This document shows, one piece after another, positions 10,682 to 23,263 of a stretch of 64,000 nt of DNA (positions are counted from its first letter, which is position 1; every line of letters starts with the position of its first letter). This DNA is from Kondoa subrosea. Lineage: Eukaryota. The stretch covers positions 2,882,678-2,946,677 of the forward strand of contig BCIN01000002.1 in the NCBI GenBank assembly GCA_039545335.1, read 5' to 3'. The position numbers and the translations under genes were made by a program. The notes under the pieces are model-generated. The model made no database searches, was not told where the DNA came from, and worked only from the letters and a program-made list of their open reading frames with translations.

Positions 10682-13600
10682 TCACCCGTAATAGGTGGTT
10701 GAAACAGGACCAGCCGAAGGTCGCATATGAGGTAGAGAAGGTGAAGAAAACAGCCGAGACTGATGCACCATTTGAGTTTGCGGGTTCATGGCCATTGGCG
10801 CATAAGATGAAGGCGGCATCATTGATTGCGCAGCGGGAGAATAAGGCATTCCATTCGATGGTTGCATTCCGTTGGCTGGACTAGAATTATTGCTGGACCT
10901 GTCGTCAAGACCTAACGAAGATGATGAAATTGAGCAAAGCCCAGCTCTGACTACAACATGAGGCGTACGTATGTAACGAGAGGCTAAGGGCCAGCGTTCG
11001 CGCATTCTGAGCATAGCTTCAAGCATGACCGATGCCATTCTTTGAGCAAACAGTCAGTCCACACTTTCTGAACAGATGGTAACTCGTACCTTTGCTTTTC
11101 TGCCGGATCTAGTTGGTCCAATTGCGGGCGATCAGCAGGCACTGCATAGCAAAATCAGACCAATCGACAGCAGTCTCTAATTCACCTACCAGGCCGACCA
11201 GTTTCTGTCACCAGTCTAGTCGGTACAGGCAAGTCTTCTGTCCGCTCGTTGTCCCATTCCGAGTGTCCATAAGCTCCTTCGGAAGACCTGCAAACCAAAT
11301 CAGTACGGCTAAGGTGAACACCGGCATTTACTTACGCTAGAAGGTATCGACGAGGTAGTCTATCAAGATCGAATACTTCAGTCTGCACCTACGCCTATTT
11401 TCTGTTGATATAGCTCACCCGAATGAATCTAACATCATCAATAGATCAGCACAAAAGGCTAGACATGCCGAATACAATACTACTCACAGATAGCGAAAGG
11501 CGGCAGCACAGTAAAGCTGCTGCGAGTATTAGCTCTATTCCATTATCATAATCATGACCGACGTACGGAGTGATACGAGCGCCTCGCAAGGTAGTAACGA
11601 GATTGTCATATGACTCGAGTTCGCTAGATAACTAAAGAAGCAGGTCAGTCGGATACATATATCATCGCAACAAGATACAAACGTTGACAATGCGCATAGC
11701 GGATTCAAACGTTCTTTGTAGACTCCAATTCGCTGATTCGACATCTGTCTCATCGTGTGGCATCACTCGGTAGATGTGCAGGAGAGTAACAACCTGTGCT
11801 CAGAAGATCAGGAAATAGTACAACTTCCATTACTCAACTTACACCCTGCAGACTGAATTTCGCGGTGACATAACTGCAAGAAGAAAATCAGTATATCACA
11901 AACACACCCGAGATCAATATGTACGGCGTAAGAGGCGCAATGGTTCTGTTTGTTTGTGAACTCCGCGTGTTTTGAGCTTGAAGTGCAGCTTTATCGAGAG
12001 CAGCTTCGATCCACCTCAAGGCTGAATCCATTTCTTCTACTTGCTGATCCGAAAGACCATGCTCTGCATCAGTCGCGCTAAATGCCAGAGGGCCAGATGG
12101 CGCGTTGCCCACTGGTCGATAAATGTATCGCTACACAGTGGTAAGATTGACTATCAGAAATGAAAAGGCACGAAGCAAACGCACAGTCATTCGCCCAAGA
12201 AGTAATGATAAGCGACAAGTCCAGGCAAAAGGACTGACTAATTCGTCCTCTGGATTATTCATATCCAAAGGCCAAATTGTAGAACCTAATTTCCCAGGTT
12301 GACTTCGATCACAATCACCCTCCTCAAACGATTTCTCATCGCAAGGTAAGAGAACTCTGAGATAAGCTTCATCCACTATTGATCTCCATCCTACTGTTGC
12401 GCTCTCGAATTTATCCAAAATGAAAACGCTGTAAAAAGTTCGGCGATATTCTTCAAGTCGAACTGGATCAGTAGGATAAGCTTGAACATGAGCTGGTCGA
12501 AGAACTTCAATATGTCGTATTCGAGAATGAGTGTTCTGCGTAGGAGAGCTGAGGTTGGCTATTATATCTTCGTCTAACCGATTCAGACCGAGCATGGTAG
12601 CAATTCGAGCTGTTTTAGCCTGTGCGTCGTACAGCAAACTCCATGAGCTAATTTATTCAGCGCAAGGGTTTCCACCACTAACGGCAGTCATGAAAGCTTG
12701 TTGATGATCCGCTTCACCAAACTCAATGATTGTCAAAAGCACACCACATTGAACCGTGTCAAGCGTGACAGAATTAGTAGGATTCTTCTTGACTCCACCA
12801 GCTTGACCCGTTTTAGCATCCGCGGTCAAATCATCTTCCATTTTCGCTTTTGCTCTTCCATAGTAATACGAAGCTGTATTCCTTAACGAAACACTACCGG
12901 AATAGGGAGCGGAAACGGCAATGATTGCATAAACCAGGGAAAGAGAAGGTCGAGTTACGTTTGATCCATGGTGAAAACGAGATCGAAAACGAGCCGGATG
13001 AAGAAAGGGGAAAGAAAGGTGAATAGTTGAGAAGTAGATATCGATCAGTTCTGCTAGAGCACTCATGGTCGGCAGATCGTCTGCTGTTTCGATGGGGTGC
13101 ATTGTTGCTAGAGGCATGCTTTGCTGTTGTTGTTGTTGCTGCTGCTGCTGAGGATGCTGATACATTGGCGATTGAGGTGCAGAGTGAGACGCGCTATGAG
13201 ACCATGAGTCATTTCGAGATGGAGGTGGAAGTCTGCACCAATATGTCAGCCGGGTATCGACATACTGAATGAAGACATACTGTATATTCTGTGGGAAAGC
13301 AGGAGATACCGGGGAGCGATGGCCTGTTGAAGGGGAAAGAAAATAAGAGGACATGACTGATCCGGCTGTAGGTGAAGGGATAGGTATTGGTAGATGATTT
13401 GTTGGTTGTCTATCAAGTAGGTTTGGGTCGGTCGGATAAGACGGATAGCTTGAAGCTGGAGGTGGTACGGAGAATTGAACATCTGAATCACTCGTGTCTG
13501 GTAGGAACGGCGGTAAAGTGGTATTCTGATACGTGCTGAGTTCCGCTTCGAGGTCCCCTAGAAGCCATGTGAAAATGCATTCGACTGACTCTTGCATAAC

Positions 13601-14169
13601 ACAGATGACTCACGAACACGTTGCTCCAGATTGTTGCAATATTGCTGTAGACGCTCTGAGCCACCTGTAAATAAGGACATTAACCCTGAGCTATCGAAAT
13701 AGGACAGAGCAAGATCAACACCTACCTTTTTCCTGATAAACACAATCATGCCCCAATCTCGTACAGGTAGCGCATTTCGGTCGAGCAGCATCACATCTCT
13801 GTCAGATGCCAGGATTGCGCGTCAAGATAGCCTACTATCACTATGCAGCCGAGCACTGACCAGTTTCCTTTTCCTACATAGCATACATGCGGAACCTCTA
13901 GGTAAAGGAGGTTTAGCAGCTTTGGCCGCTTTCTTGCTACCGTTACTTGCAGCAGCAGCAGGTGTTTCTTCTACTTGGTTTTGCTGAGAAGAAGAGGTCC
14001 CAATCCCAAAATCATGACCACCTGAACCATTTTCTATAGAAGACAAAGGAGGTAAAGCGTAGTAATTGTTGAGATCTTGATGTTCTTCTGTTCGAGCACG
14101 TTTGTTTGACGACGAAGAAAGAGGTGGAATGTCAGTATCGTCTAAAAGATTATCGTATTGCTGATCCAT
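10682..14169 (-). CDS. Zn(II)2Cys6 fungal transcription factor with Fungal_trans domain, multi-exon
   Basis: LPRGSACMLCRKRKL/RCDAARPKCATCTRLGHDCVY zinc cluster split by an intron. Middle homology region LIDIYFSTIHLSFPFLHP...EEYRRTFYSVFILDKF. Confidence 0.88.
13121..13150 (-). repeat. CAG/CAA trinucleotide tract encoding 10 Gln in the Zn2Cys6 factor
   Basis: ttgctgttgttgttgttgctgctgctgctg on the + strand; translation PQQQQQQQQQQSM. Confidence 0.9.
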
Positions 14170-15153
14170 TCGGCGCGAATATAGGGCGGGAACGAATGAT
14201 GGCCCGCAAAAGGCTTTGTGAGAGGTCTTATCAAACGGGCTGATTGACCGTCAAGAAAAGTAAATGAGACGGTCATGAGAGCGTCGTACCTTTTTCTGGT
14301 TCCAAGGCTGAAGCGGTCAATGTTTGCTCACCGACCACCGTTACACTTGATCTTTGCTAGAGCGAGAAGACAGGACTATAATGCAATTTGCAGGTCGGTA
14401 AGTTGGATAAGCGAAGCGGTGGAACGATTGGATAAGCTGGGGATTATAGACAGCCGCAAGACAAAATGCGTTGAAGTATAGCGCTAATTCCTCGCGTGGT
14501 AATTATACCCTCCGCTAGATTCAAACGCGCGCAACAGCACAGAAGCCAAGGGCGCAGAGCAACGCAGGACTTCCAAGAACCCTTATACTGTAGATTTCAC
14601 AGCCAAAATAATATTGCCAGAGCCTGAAGATTTCTTTCGGGCTAGCCTCGAGTTGATCTTCGGTGATTCTCGAGCGCGAGACTGGAGTCCTCAGAGCAGA
14701 AGAACGGTCTCCCAAAGGTCGAGATGGCCGCTTTGAGCAGGAAAGACGGCCTTTTCGCCGATTCTTGATTTTGGGGGATGAGGTCTCGACTTGCTATGTC
14801 AGAGTAGACGAGATAGGCGATAGTGCTAGGAGACCCAGTATGGCGGTTGCTGTGATAGACGAACATACATTGTAGCCACAGCAAATTAAATGCAATAGAA
14901 GGCTCGAGTGTCAACCGGTTCGCAGAATCGCATTCGCATCTGTCATCACGCCTCACCACGCTTGTCTGCATTCCATCATTACCGATATATACCTCAAGCC
15001 GTTGCTCAACAAGCACAGGAGCCGTAGACTGCGCCTATACACACGCTCCTTTTCGCCGGACGAATCTTTTGAAGCAAGCAAAACAGAACATTTCTATTCC
15101 TCTTTCACGCAGCCCTTCCATTCCTCTCTCCTTACGATCCATAAGCTCTCAAC

Positions 15154-15603
15154 ATGTCTGCGTACGCTCTCTACTGCTTACCGGAGCCTTCAAAGCTGTG
15201 AACTAATAAGCGAGAAACAGACGACCTCAGAAATCCAGTATGGCCGAACTCAAACTTCGACGCTTGACAGAACACAATTCTCGTTTAAGGGAAGATTTAG
15301 ATCGTACAAGGGTTAAAGTATCAGAAGCTGCAGCAAGGTTTGTCTTTCGCTTTTCAATATTGGGCGCGCGCAAAATGGCTAAAAACGCTTGGTTCGCTTG
15401 ATTGTAGTTTAATTCGATACTGCAGGACGACAAAAGATCATCTTGTACGCTCTGAGTAACGCGAGCTATGGCTTGAGGCTGATAAGAGATTACAGTGCCC
15501 TTCTGTTTGGGGACCAGTAGATAAAAGAGAAGACCCATACAGTGGAAGTGGTGCAGCTGCTGGAGGAGATTCAGGAGGAGGAGGATGCTGTAGTATTGCA
15601 TGA
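15154..15603 (+). CDS. Heterotrimeric G-protein gamma subunit (Ste18/Gpg1 family)
   Basis: Four exons, the first coding exon only 8 nt, give [69 protein letters not shown]...GGCCSIA*. GGL domain with a C-terminal CCaaX. Missed by the ORF track. Confidence 0.92.
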
Positions 15604-16038
15604 GCATCACACGGAACGGCAAAAGAGCGGAAACCTTCACAGCAAGACGCGTTGGGGCGGAAGCTAGGGCAAGGGTATCTGGTTTATATTTTCTTTCTTC
15701 TTTATAAGTATACCCTGATTTCTTTGGATGCGTATAATAGTAGTCGTTTTCAGTGCCGTGTAATTTATCAATACGTTATTCTTTCAACCTTTCTTTCGTT
15801 TTCTTTTTCCTGCTTACCTTCTCTCGGTTCTCTACCGTTTCTCCAAGATCTGTACCTGCTCAATTCCGTTGTCCACATCTTCCGTATCCAGATAGCTGAT
15901 AATGTATAACTTATAATGCACATGCAATGGGTAACAAATATGAAAAACGATGACAACCTTCTTCAATTGGCTTTGCTTCTCTTCTTCGTCCATCTCTTTT
16001 CTTGTTGTCCTCGTCACTTCCTTCTCCCTCTTCCCTGC

Positions 16039-17752
16039 TTACGAAAGATCGAAGCTGACTGTTGACTTGTTTTGTTTCTCCAGATTGACAGGAGTATAAT
16101 GTGCAACGGGTGGTTTAACAATCAAGAAGTAATTCTGGATTTCTCTTATATCAGTTATATACAACAAGACAAGGACGAGAACGTACGACCGTTAAACTGG
16201 CTGAAGCTAATGCGATAGCGCAAGAATTGAATATCAGTAATTGCCTAGTCTCGACCCCCAACAGCAGAGAAGCAGTGACGAGAATATTGAGTGGTAATCG
16301 AAACATGCTTGAAAACTGTCCGTTCACATTAATCCTTTTTTATCGATTCGGGCTGAAAACGAAAACACATACATGAGCTCTAACTTCATCAGGTATCAAT
16401 TCACTCTTCAACCATCCCAAAACAGGGTAATACATTCCTACAGTTCCTTCAAAAGCGCAGAAGGCCCAAAAGCGGTATTCGATTTTTTGTGTAGTTGCCG
16501 ATATTCCCAAAGCCAAACTTGCGAGTAAGAAAGTAAATGAAGCTAATTTGGCATGTAAGATCAATGGACCATCGTTTGAGATCGTCTTCTTCTCTTGTCC
16601 TGTTGGTGAGAGCGGTAATTCTGTAGAAGAAGAGGAAGAGTGCTTGATGATGAAGGAATAGAAAAGAGAGCCCAACATCATGCAACACATGAAACAGCTG
16701 AAGATTAGACCCAAAGGCAGGAAACCTTGATCCCAAGTACCGGAAAGGCTTTCGATTTGCGGAACCCAAAGAAAGACGAAGAGGTACATCGAAGTTTCGA
16801 AAGCGGTCTGAAGGAAAGCCAGAGTCAGGAGGGTCGAGTCTATCATCGAATTAGATATATCGGTCATAAACGTCAAGGTGAGAAGCATACTGCCTGATAT
16901 CGCTGACCAAGCACTCATAAAGCCCGCTTGCACACTTTCACTCGGTCCAGTTTGCTGACCATAATTTTCTGACCAGGTAGATCTAATAACCAACGCAGAA
17001 AGTACCAAGACACCCGCTGCTACCAAGAAAGGTGTTTTGGCTGTTCCCGTTTGCTCTACAGCCCAATTCGATGAAACACCACTGATAACGGCGACGAAAC
17101 CATTGATCAGTGTAGCCGTGCCAAAGATGGAGGATAAAGCGCCCGGTGGCAGTTGAGATGAATGAGATGCGCTGACAAGCCTGTGGACACTCATTTAGTA
17201 TGCCAAATACTGCGAAACGGAATCTAGCTAACCATGTCTCTGGCACTGAAAAGAGTATACTTGTCGACACTCCTCCTAGTATTCGAGCCAGTACGCATAT
17301 CGGAACCCAATTTACGCATATCAGAAGACAGCTTGACGCGTAAAGCCCGCAGAACGCCAAACATAGGAATCGTCTTCCACTTATCTTTGAATGAGCTTCA
17401 TCGCAGAAGAAGAAGAGAAGAAGACTGACTATATATCTGCCCATCTTCCAACAACAGGACTTGCAACAGCAGCACTCAGGAATCCAATGACAAACAGCGC
17501 AGCGATTCCCGAAGGTTTGTATCCATGATTCACGCTCAACAGGCGATACATGTATGGCCCTTGCAGCCAATCGCTCGTCATGATCAAGGCATAGACAGGC
17601 AGATACGTCCTAGCCAAAGCAACTCCAGAAGATTGATTCGCATCCTTGCTGTTGCTTCCCAACCTCGAGACGGCCGTAAGTATGAGAGTGGCACTTGCTA
17701 AGACGTAGAATTGGGTGAGGAAGAAGAGATCTGCTGCCGACCCCGGTGCCAT
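16039..17752 (-). CDS. MFS_5 (MFSD5/DUF791, molybdate-anion transporter-like) membrane protein
   Basis: YLPVYALIMTSDWLQGPYMY, LGGVSTSILFSVPETWL, FETSMYLFVFLWVP, FEGTVGMYYP and MFRLPLNILV motifs; many TM segments. Confidence 0.85.
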
Positions 17753-18086
17753 TGCTGCGCTTTCGACTGCCGACCTAATTGCCCACTGTCTGGGACTTAT
17801 CTCTCTTGCGGCTTATCGCGATTTGTAATGACTTCTGTTAGAGTACGACGTCGTCTCAGACTCGGATCTCTGACTAATGGTCGTTTGAATAAAGCGCATG
17901 AATGAATCTTCAGCTTGGCATTGCGGCAAGATCCAGACTCGTGGGTCTCCCTCTTATCCCGGAACCTTCACCACCCAATTATACCGACCTGTTCTCTTGT
18001 GTGCATTCGTTCGAACGCGCTGAGCTTCAACAGCTCGTGAAACTTTGCACCTGCATTGCTGAGCTGAATACGAATCTTGGCGAAAA

Positions 18087-19559
18087 ATGTCGTTAATCTC
18101 GACACTCGGGTTACATCCCATACACAACTTGATCACTTGTAGTCTACTCGTTACCGTCTTACTACTCTTAGGGCGACAACATTCGCCTTATCCAAACGCT
18201 GCTTCCATTTCTCCAACATTCAGTACCGGATCAGGTTCATCAGATCTCACTTTAGCTCAACGCTTGCAACGATCAGAGAATCTTTTCTTACGCTCTGTAG
18301 AAAGGTTAGCTGCAAATTGTGTCTTCCATCCCCTCCTGGCTCAAAGATGTCGAGTGTAGGAGGAAAGAGTTGCAAGACAAGTTTGGCAGTGATCCAATTC
18401 CCTATCCACCAGATGTCAAACCTTGGCCTGCTTATACATGTCAGTCTAGGTTCTATTCTGTAGGATAGACAAAAAAGAGCTGAAACGAGCGAAACAGGGT
18501 GGGATTTTGTCTATCCTTCTTTCAATTGCCCGCACGAAGTAGAGCGGATAGTGAGTTGTTAAGCTGTAAATAATGCTTGATTGCTTATGACTTTTGACTC
18601 AGGGAGCCGTGGGAGACGGAGGTAAAGCCAAACGATCAGCATTGCAATATTATCCTTAAGCTCTTTCTTCAGGCAAATGGGTCTGTGGATTGAGCAGAAT
18701 AGCGCACAAGCCAGATTGCGTGATATATAGTTTCGGTACGCTTGCTATTGCAGTCATTGATATCGTCTCACATAAAATGATGACTGTGCAGGCATTAATT
18801 ACGAATCCTCCTTTGAAGCGGAAATGCTGGAGAAATCGAAATGTCAAGTATATGGCTATGACTTCAGTGTGAATAACGTTTGTCTCTCCTCAACTACTTG
18901 TGTGAATCGTTACTGAACTCGTTATGCAGTTTGGCCCAGAGATCTCGAAACGATCAGATTTAAGACCTCGCGCACATTTCCATGCCTATGGCCTGGCAGG
19001 CAAAGACGCTCATGAACCAGGCGACAACCCTCCTATGTATACTCTTGAAACGCTCATGGATATCAACGGGCATAAATTTATAGATGTGCTCAAGATTGAG
19101 TGAGTGTCTCCCCTTTTCCAATAATAGAAGATGGCAGATTGATCATGTCCCCCTTATAGTATCGAGACTTACGAATTTGAAACGCTCAAAGATCTTCTTT
19201 TGCAATACGAAGGTCGACCGTTACCTTTTGGACAGCTTCAGATTGAAATACATGCCTGGAAGGATCATTTCAGCAAAAGTAGCGAGTTGATGACTTGGTG
19301 GACCAGTCTTGAAAGAGCTGGTTTGAGAGCTTTCTTTTTCGAGCCAAATTTAGTCTAGTATGTCGCTTTTGGTCCTGCACAAGTTTCGATGATTGCTGAT
19401 AACAAGTCTTTAGCTTCAACTACAATCCTAAAAAGCCAGAAATATCGGAAGTGAGTTCCTGTTGTCTGTGCTATTACGGTGATCAGTCCTGACGAAACTG
19501 TTCTCTCGCAGTATTCGTTCATCAACATTCGAGGAAACCATGAACTCATAACGGACTAG
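18087..19559 (+). CDS. Methyltransf_22 (METTL24-like) methyltransferase with N-terminal signal anchor
   Basis: Spliced FNCPHEVERIGAVGDGGKWVCGL, CVIYSFGINYESSFE, FIDVLKIDIE, LPFGQLQIEIH and EYSFINIRG motifs. Confidence 0.85.
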
Positions 19560-19668
19560 ACAAGCTCGATAAATTATATACTGGCAAGCAATCGTACAGG
19601 AAATGGAAGGTCATTCTTGTCGAGATCAGTCGCAGATTACGGTAATACATGCATTCAGTTCAACCGGT

Positions 19669-20627
19669 CTAAGATTGCTGTACAAATACATTGGCTTTGT
19701 AGTATGCTAGCTCCCTTATCGAGTGTTGAATATCATCAAGAGCTCTATATACTTTGATCAGTTGCTTTCGACTGATGGAGAGGCCAACGAAGCTCACCTA
19801 TGAGGTTTTTCATTTTCGTCTACTGCACCATCTCTAGGACGGTAAGCTAGTGTTGGGTGAAAGCGTTTGACTGCCTCTGTCGGGATCATCACTGCTATAA
19901 GCTCTGTATGAGCTTGGTATAAATCTCTGCCGACCTTTGATAGATGACACATCCAGTATGCGATAGTGCAAATGTGAATGCAGTCTAGGCATATCTTTTG
20001 CCTACAAAGTCCATCAAACCCAGCAATACACGATGGAAGGAGGGAAACTTACCAAGAACATCTTATCAACATGTACTGAGCTTCCAGCTAGCAAAGCCAT
20101 CTTGTCTGGCATTCTCTCTTTGACCCAAGCTAGCAGATCATGCTCGACTTCTTCCATTGACATGGTCGCTTCTCGACAAGCTTGAGTCAGACCCGTCTTG
20201 CCGTGTTGTTCGACACACCAAGAATTCCTTGCACGAATTTCAGCTTTAGCTTTACGAAACAAGTGAAACAAGAGGAAGACTGACATATTCTGCAGAATAT
20301 CTTCTTCCGTTTTTACTCTGCCAGGTCACAAAAGCTATAGGTCCGCTACCTCGGCGAGTCGAAGAGAAGGGGTAGCGAACATATATGCTTTGCCTTCGTC
20401 TACTGGCGTAAGATCCTGCTCCGTGACGATCGCTGTATGATGAAGGTCAGCGCCGTCCGTAAAGCAGATGTCAGTAGCTGACCTGCAACTTCCAAGATCA
20501 CGTCTTTCTTTAGGTCCAGGCCAGTCATCTGGACAGGATTAGCGGGCGAATCGATTTCTCGCAGGAAGCGGTTCACCTCTAGATCAATCCAGAGCAGCCG
20601 CCCGTTGTTGGGCATTTCTTGCGACAT
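19669..20627 (-). CDS. REX2: Oligoribonuclease (DEDDh 3'-5' exonuclease, Orn/Rex2)
   Basis: LLWIDLEMTGLD, WCVEQHGKTGLTQAC, LAGSSVHVDKMFL, HLHYRILDVSSIK and HRALDDIQHSIRELAYYK motifs. Confidence 0.92.
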
Positions 20628-20849
20628 GGTTTTCCGTATTGCTTTCTGAACTCGGGCGATTCCACCTGATGGGAATTAGATCTTCAGCTTAGCTGTGACT
20701 TGCAGGGAGGTGAGAAGTTACGAGGCACTTTGAGCATACACAAGAGTCTAAGCAAAAAGCAAGTGATGGTTCGGTACAAGGAAATCATCATCATTAGGAC
20801 GAGCTCGACATGTACATCTAAATGGACAATGTACTGCACAGATCCCTCC

Positions 20850-22251
20850 CTACAATGAACCAGACATCGCGTTGAGGAAGATAAAGACCAAAGTGAACAA
20901 GGGTAGCGAAAGAGTCAAGCTTCCTGCTCCATCACTTGTGATGATCGTTCTGTGGGATTTTCAGCTGTTGTGAGACGAAGGTAGGAAAGAAAGACATACG
21001 AATAGACAGTCTTGACGTTTCCATGATCCATTTGTTCTCTTTGCGCGCCAACACCTGTACCAACTACCTTATTTGTCGTTGCGCTTGAACTTGTGATAAT
21101 CTGTACTTGTGGAGGAGAAGGTGCCGACGCAGATGAAGAAGGAACAGGAGGCGGAGCTGGCACAATACTGTTGTTCCTTTGCTTCTCCTGTACATTTGCA
21201 TCTCCATCCTGGTTATCTGAGGGAGCAGAAGATTGGGCCGGTGGCGGCGACGCAGGTGGTTTAGCTCCGACTAGACATCTCGATGAGTTCGAATCAGTAG
21301 AGGAAGCATACAGTTTCACCTAGATATGCTAATCAGCTCAGTTCAAGGAATAAGTCAGATCTTACCTTCACAACCTGTTACCGAGATTGCAGAGAATGAT
21401 ATGACTCTGACTTTGTTCTTCAGATCCGTGAGCGGGGTTTGCCAATATGCTCCAGTCCCTATGAAAAGACCTTCGACCGCTGATTTAGGCTGCATGACAT
21501 CTTGCTCTGGCGAGAATGAAGCAATATCGGTCATCGCAGCACCCGGCGCACCATGAGAAAGAGTGATCATCGTGTCTGCGATGGTAAGTTCGAAAGATTG
21601 ATCTGTTCTCGTTATCCAGTCAAACCTTTCGGGAAATGAAGGGAGCGCAAATCACCTCCTTTGCATAGACCAGGATCATCAATAGTGAAAAGTGTATCAA
21701 GATTAGAACCATCTGGCTGCAATGAAAGTTGTCAAATTTAGATACAGAGCACTAGAATTCTTATTACTCACAACCGATTTGACATCACTAGAGATTCCTT
21801 TTGTACCCAAACGAGTATGCCAATCTTTCCCAACCACATTGAAGACCATCACTTCCCATGGCTGCCCCGGGAAGTAGCCTACTCGTATCCACCAGTTATA
21901 TTGCCCATCTTTGCCTATTATGCCAAATAGGGCACTTGTACGTCCAGGATCATCTTGACAATCGAGCTTGAAAGTATAGGTCGCTTTGATAGGCGTATCA
22001 CCGATCGGCTGATAGAGTAGAACGGTATTCTTTGCCAAACAAGTATTTGCAGTCAATACTGCTGTAGGATCGATTTGAGCATTCCCTGGCGGCATGTTGA
22101 AAGTAAGCTTCGAAGCATCGAACACGTTGTCATAGCCAAGAATCTTAGTGAAATCGCCTTTCAGATCTTTGGTTGTAGAAGCGCTGCCATCTGGACAACC
22201 AGCAGAGCAAAAGCTAGCCAGGAGAACAAAGACGATTACGTGATATAGCAT
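20850..22251 (-). CDS. Predicted secreted, GPI-anchored protein of unknown function
   Basis: Signal peptide MLYHVIVFVLLASFCSA, a beta-rich aromatic domain and a Pro/Ser-rich stalk. The last exon encodes TIITSDGAGSLTLSLPLFTLVFIFLNAMSGSL*, resembling a GPI signal. Confidence 0.7.
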
Positions 22252-23263
22252 AGTTGTCAAAAGAGAAGCGCATGACATAGCATAGTCATTGAAAGAGAAG
22301 CGTGAAGCTATCGAGCTTGACAGAAAGGACAAAGGGATTTTCGACAACTGAGCAATTTCGACCGTTCATTGTAAGAGCAACCAAGAAATAGCGATCATTG
22401 TCTGTAAAGCAAGCCTCAACTGCTCTGAGAACTCTGGCCAAATGAATTTCGCCTGCATAAACTTCGAATTCTAGCAGATTGGGACTTTCAACGCAATAGA
22501 GCCACAAGGGAAAAAGGAGAGCCCAAAGAGAGGTTCAGTGTCACTCGTACGAACAGCAATTAAACAACGACGGATGTTGGCCAATTCCGGGGCTTGCATC
22601 ACAGCCAAGCCAATACCATCAGATCAAAAGACACATCCATCTGCATAGCTGACCGCTTCAGGAAGATACAGCAGGAGCTATGCTAGCAGCTAGCTTTGCC
22701 TGTGAAGTTTTGCGCAACTTTTCTGCTAGACCTGTACTGCTTTCAGACAGAATATGCTCTCCAATGTCTGTGTATTCGATCAGGCATATGCCAGCGGTGG
22801 GATATACAGTAGCGAGCGTCAAGGCCTGGTATCGTTCTTAGACAACATCGACTCGCGGAAGAGCAAGACGGGCAGGTCTCTGCCAACTCAATGCCTCGTA
22901 CTTCTTTTGATGTACAGGCCGAGCTGTAGTGATGCTGTCGCTTGACGATTTGCGGCCGGACTTCTTCACTGACTTGTGTTTAATTGCTGGCTTTATCGGT
23001 TGCAGTCTCACTCCTTACTTTTCTCTGTGTCTTGCGGGATGCCTCTTGTGCTGCTTAAGCCAATTCTGCAGCACTTCTGCAGCTCAATTACCTTATCGCT
23101 TATCACCACTTTAATGTCTCTCAGTCGCTCCCGACCTCGTGTGATGTTTTTCGCGCAATTTTTCTGTTCTCTTTCACCATCGTACTTAGGTTGCAAGAGA
23201 AGTGGTTCTTGGGTCTTTTTTAAACAGAAGACTTTCATTCCCTGGTCTCACAAAAAGCCTACA

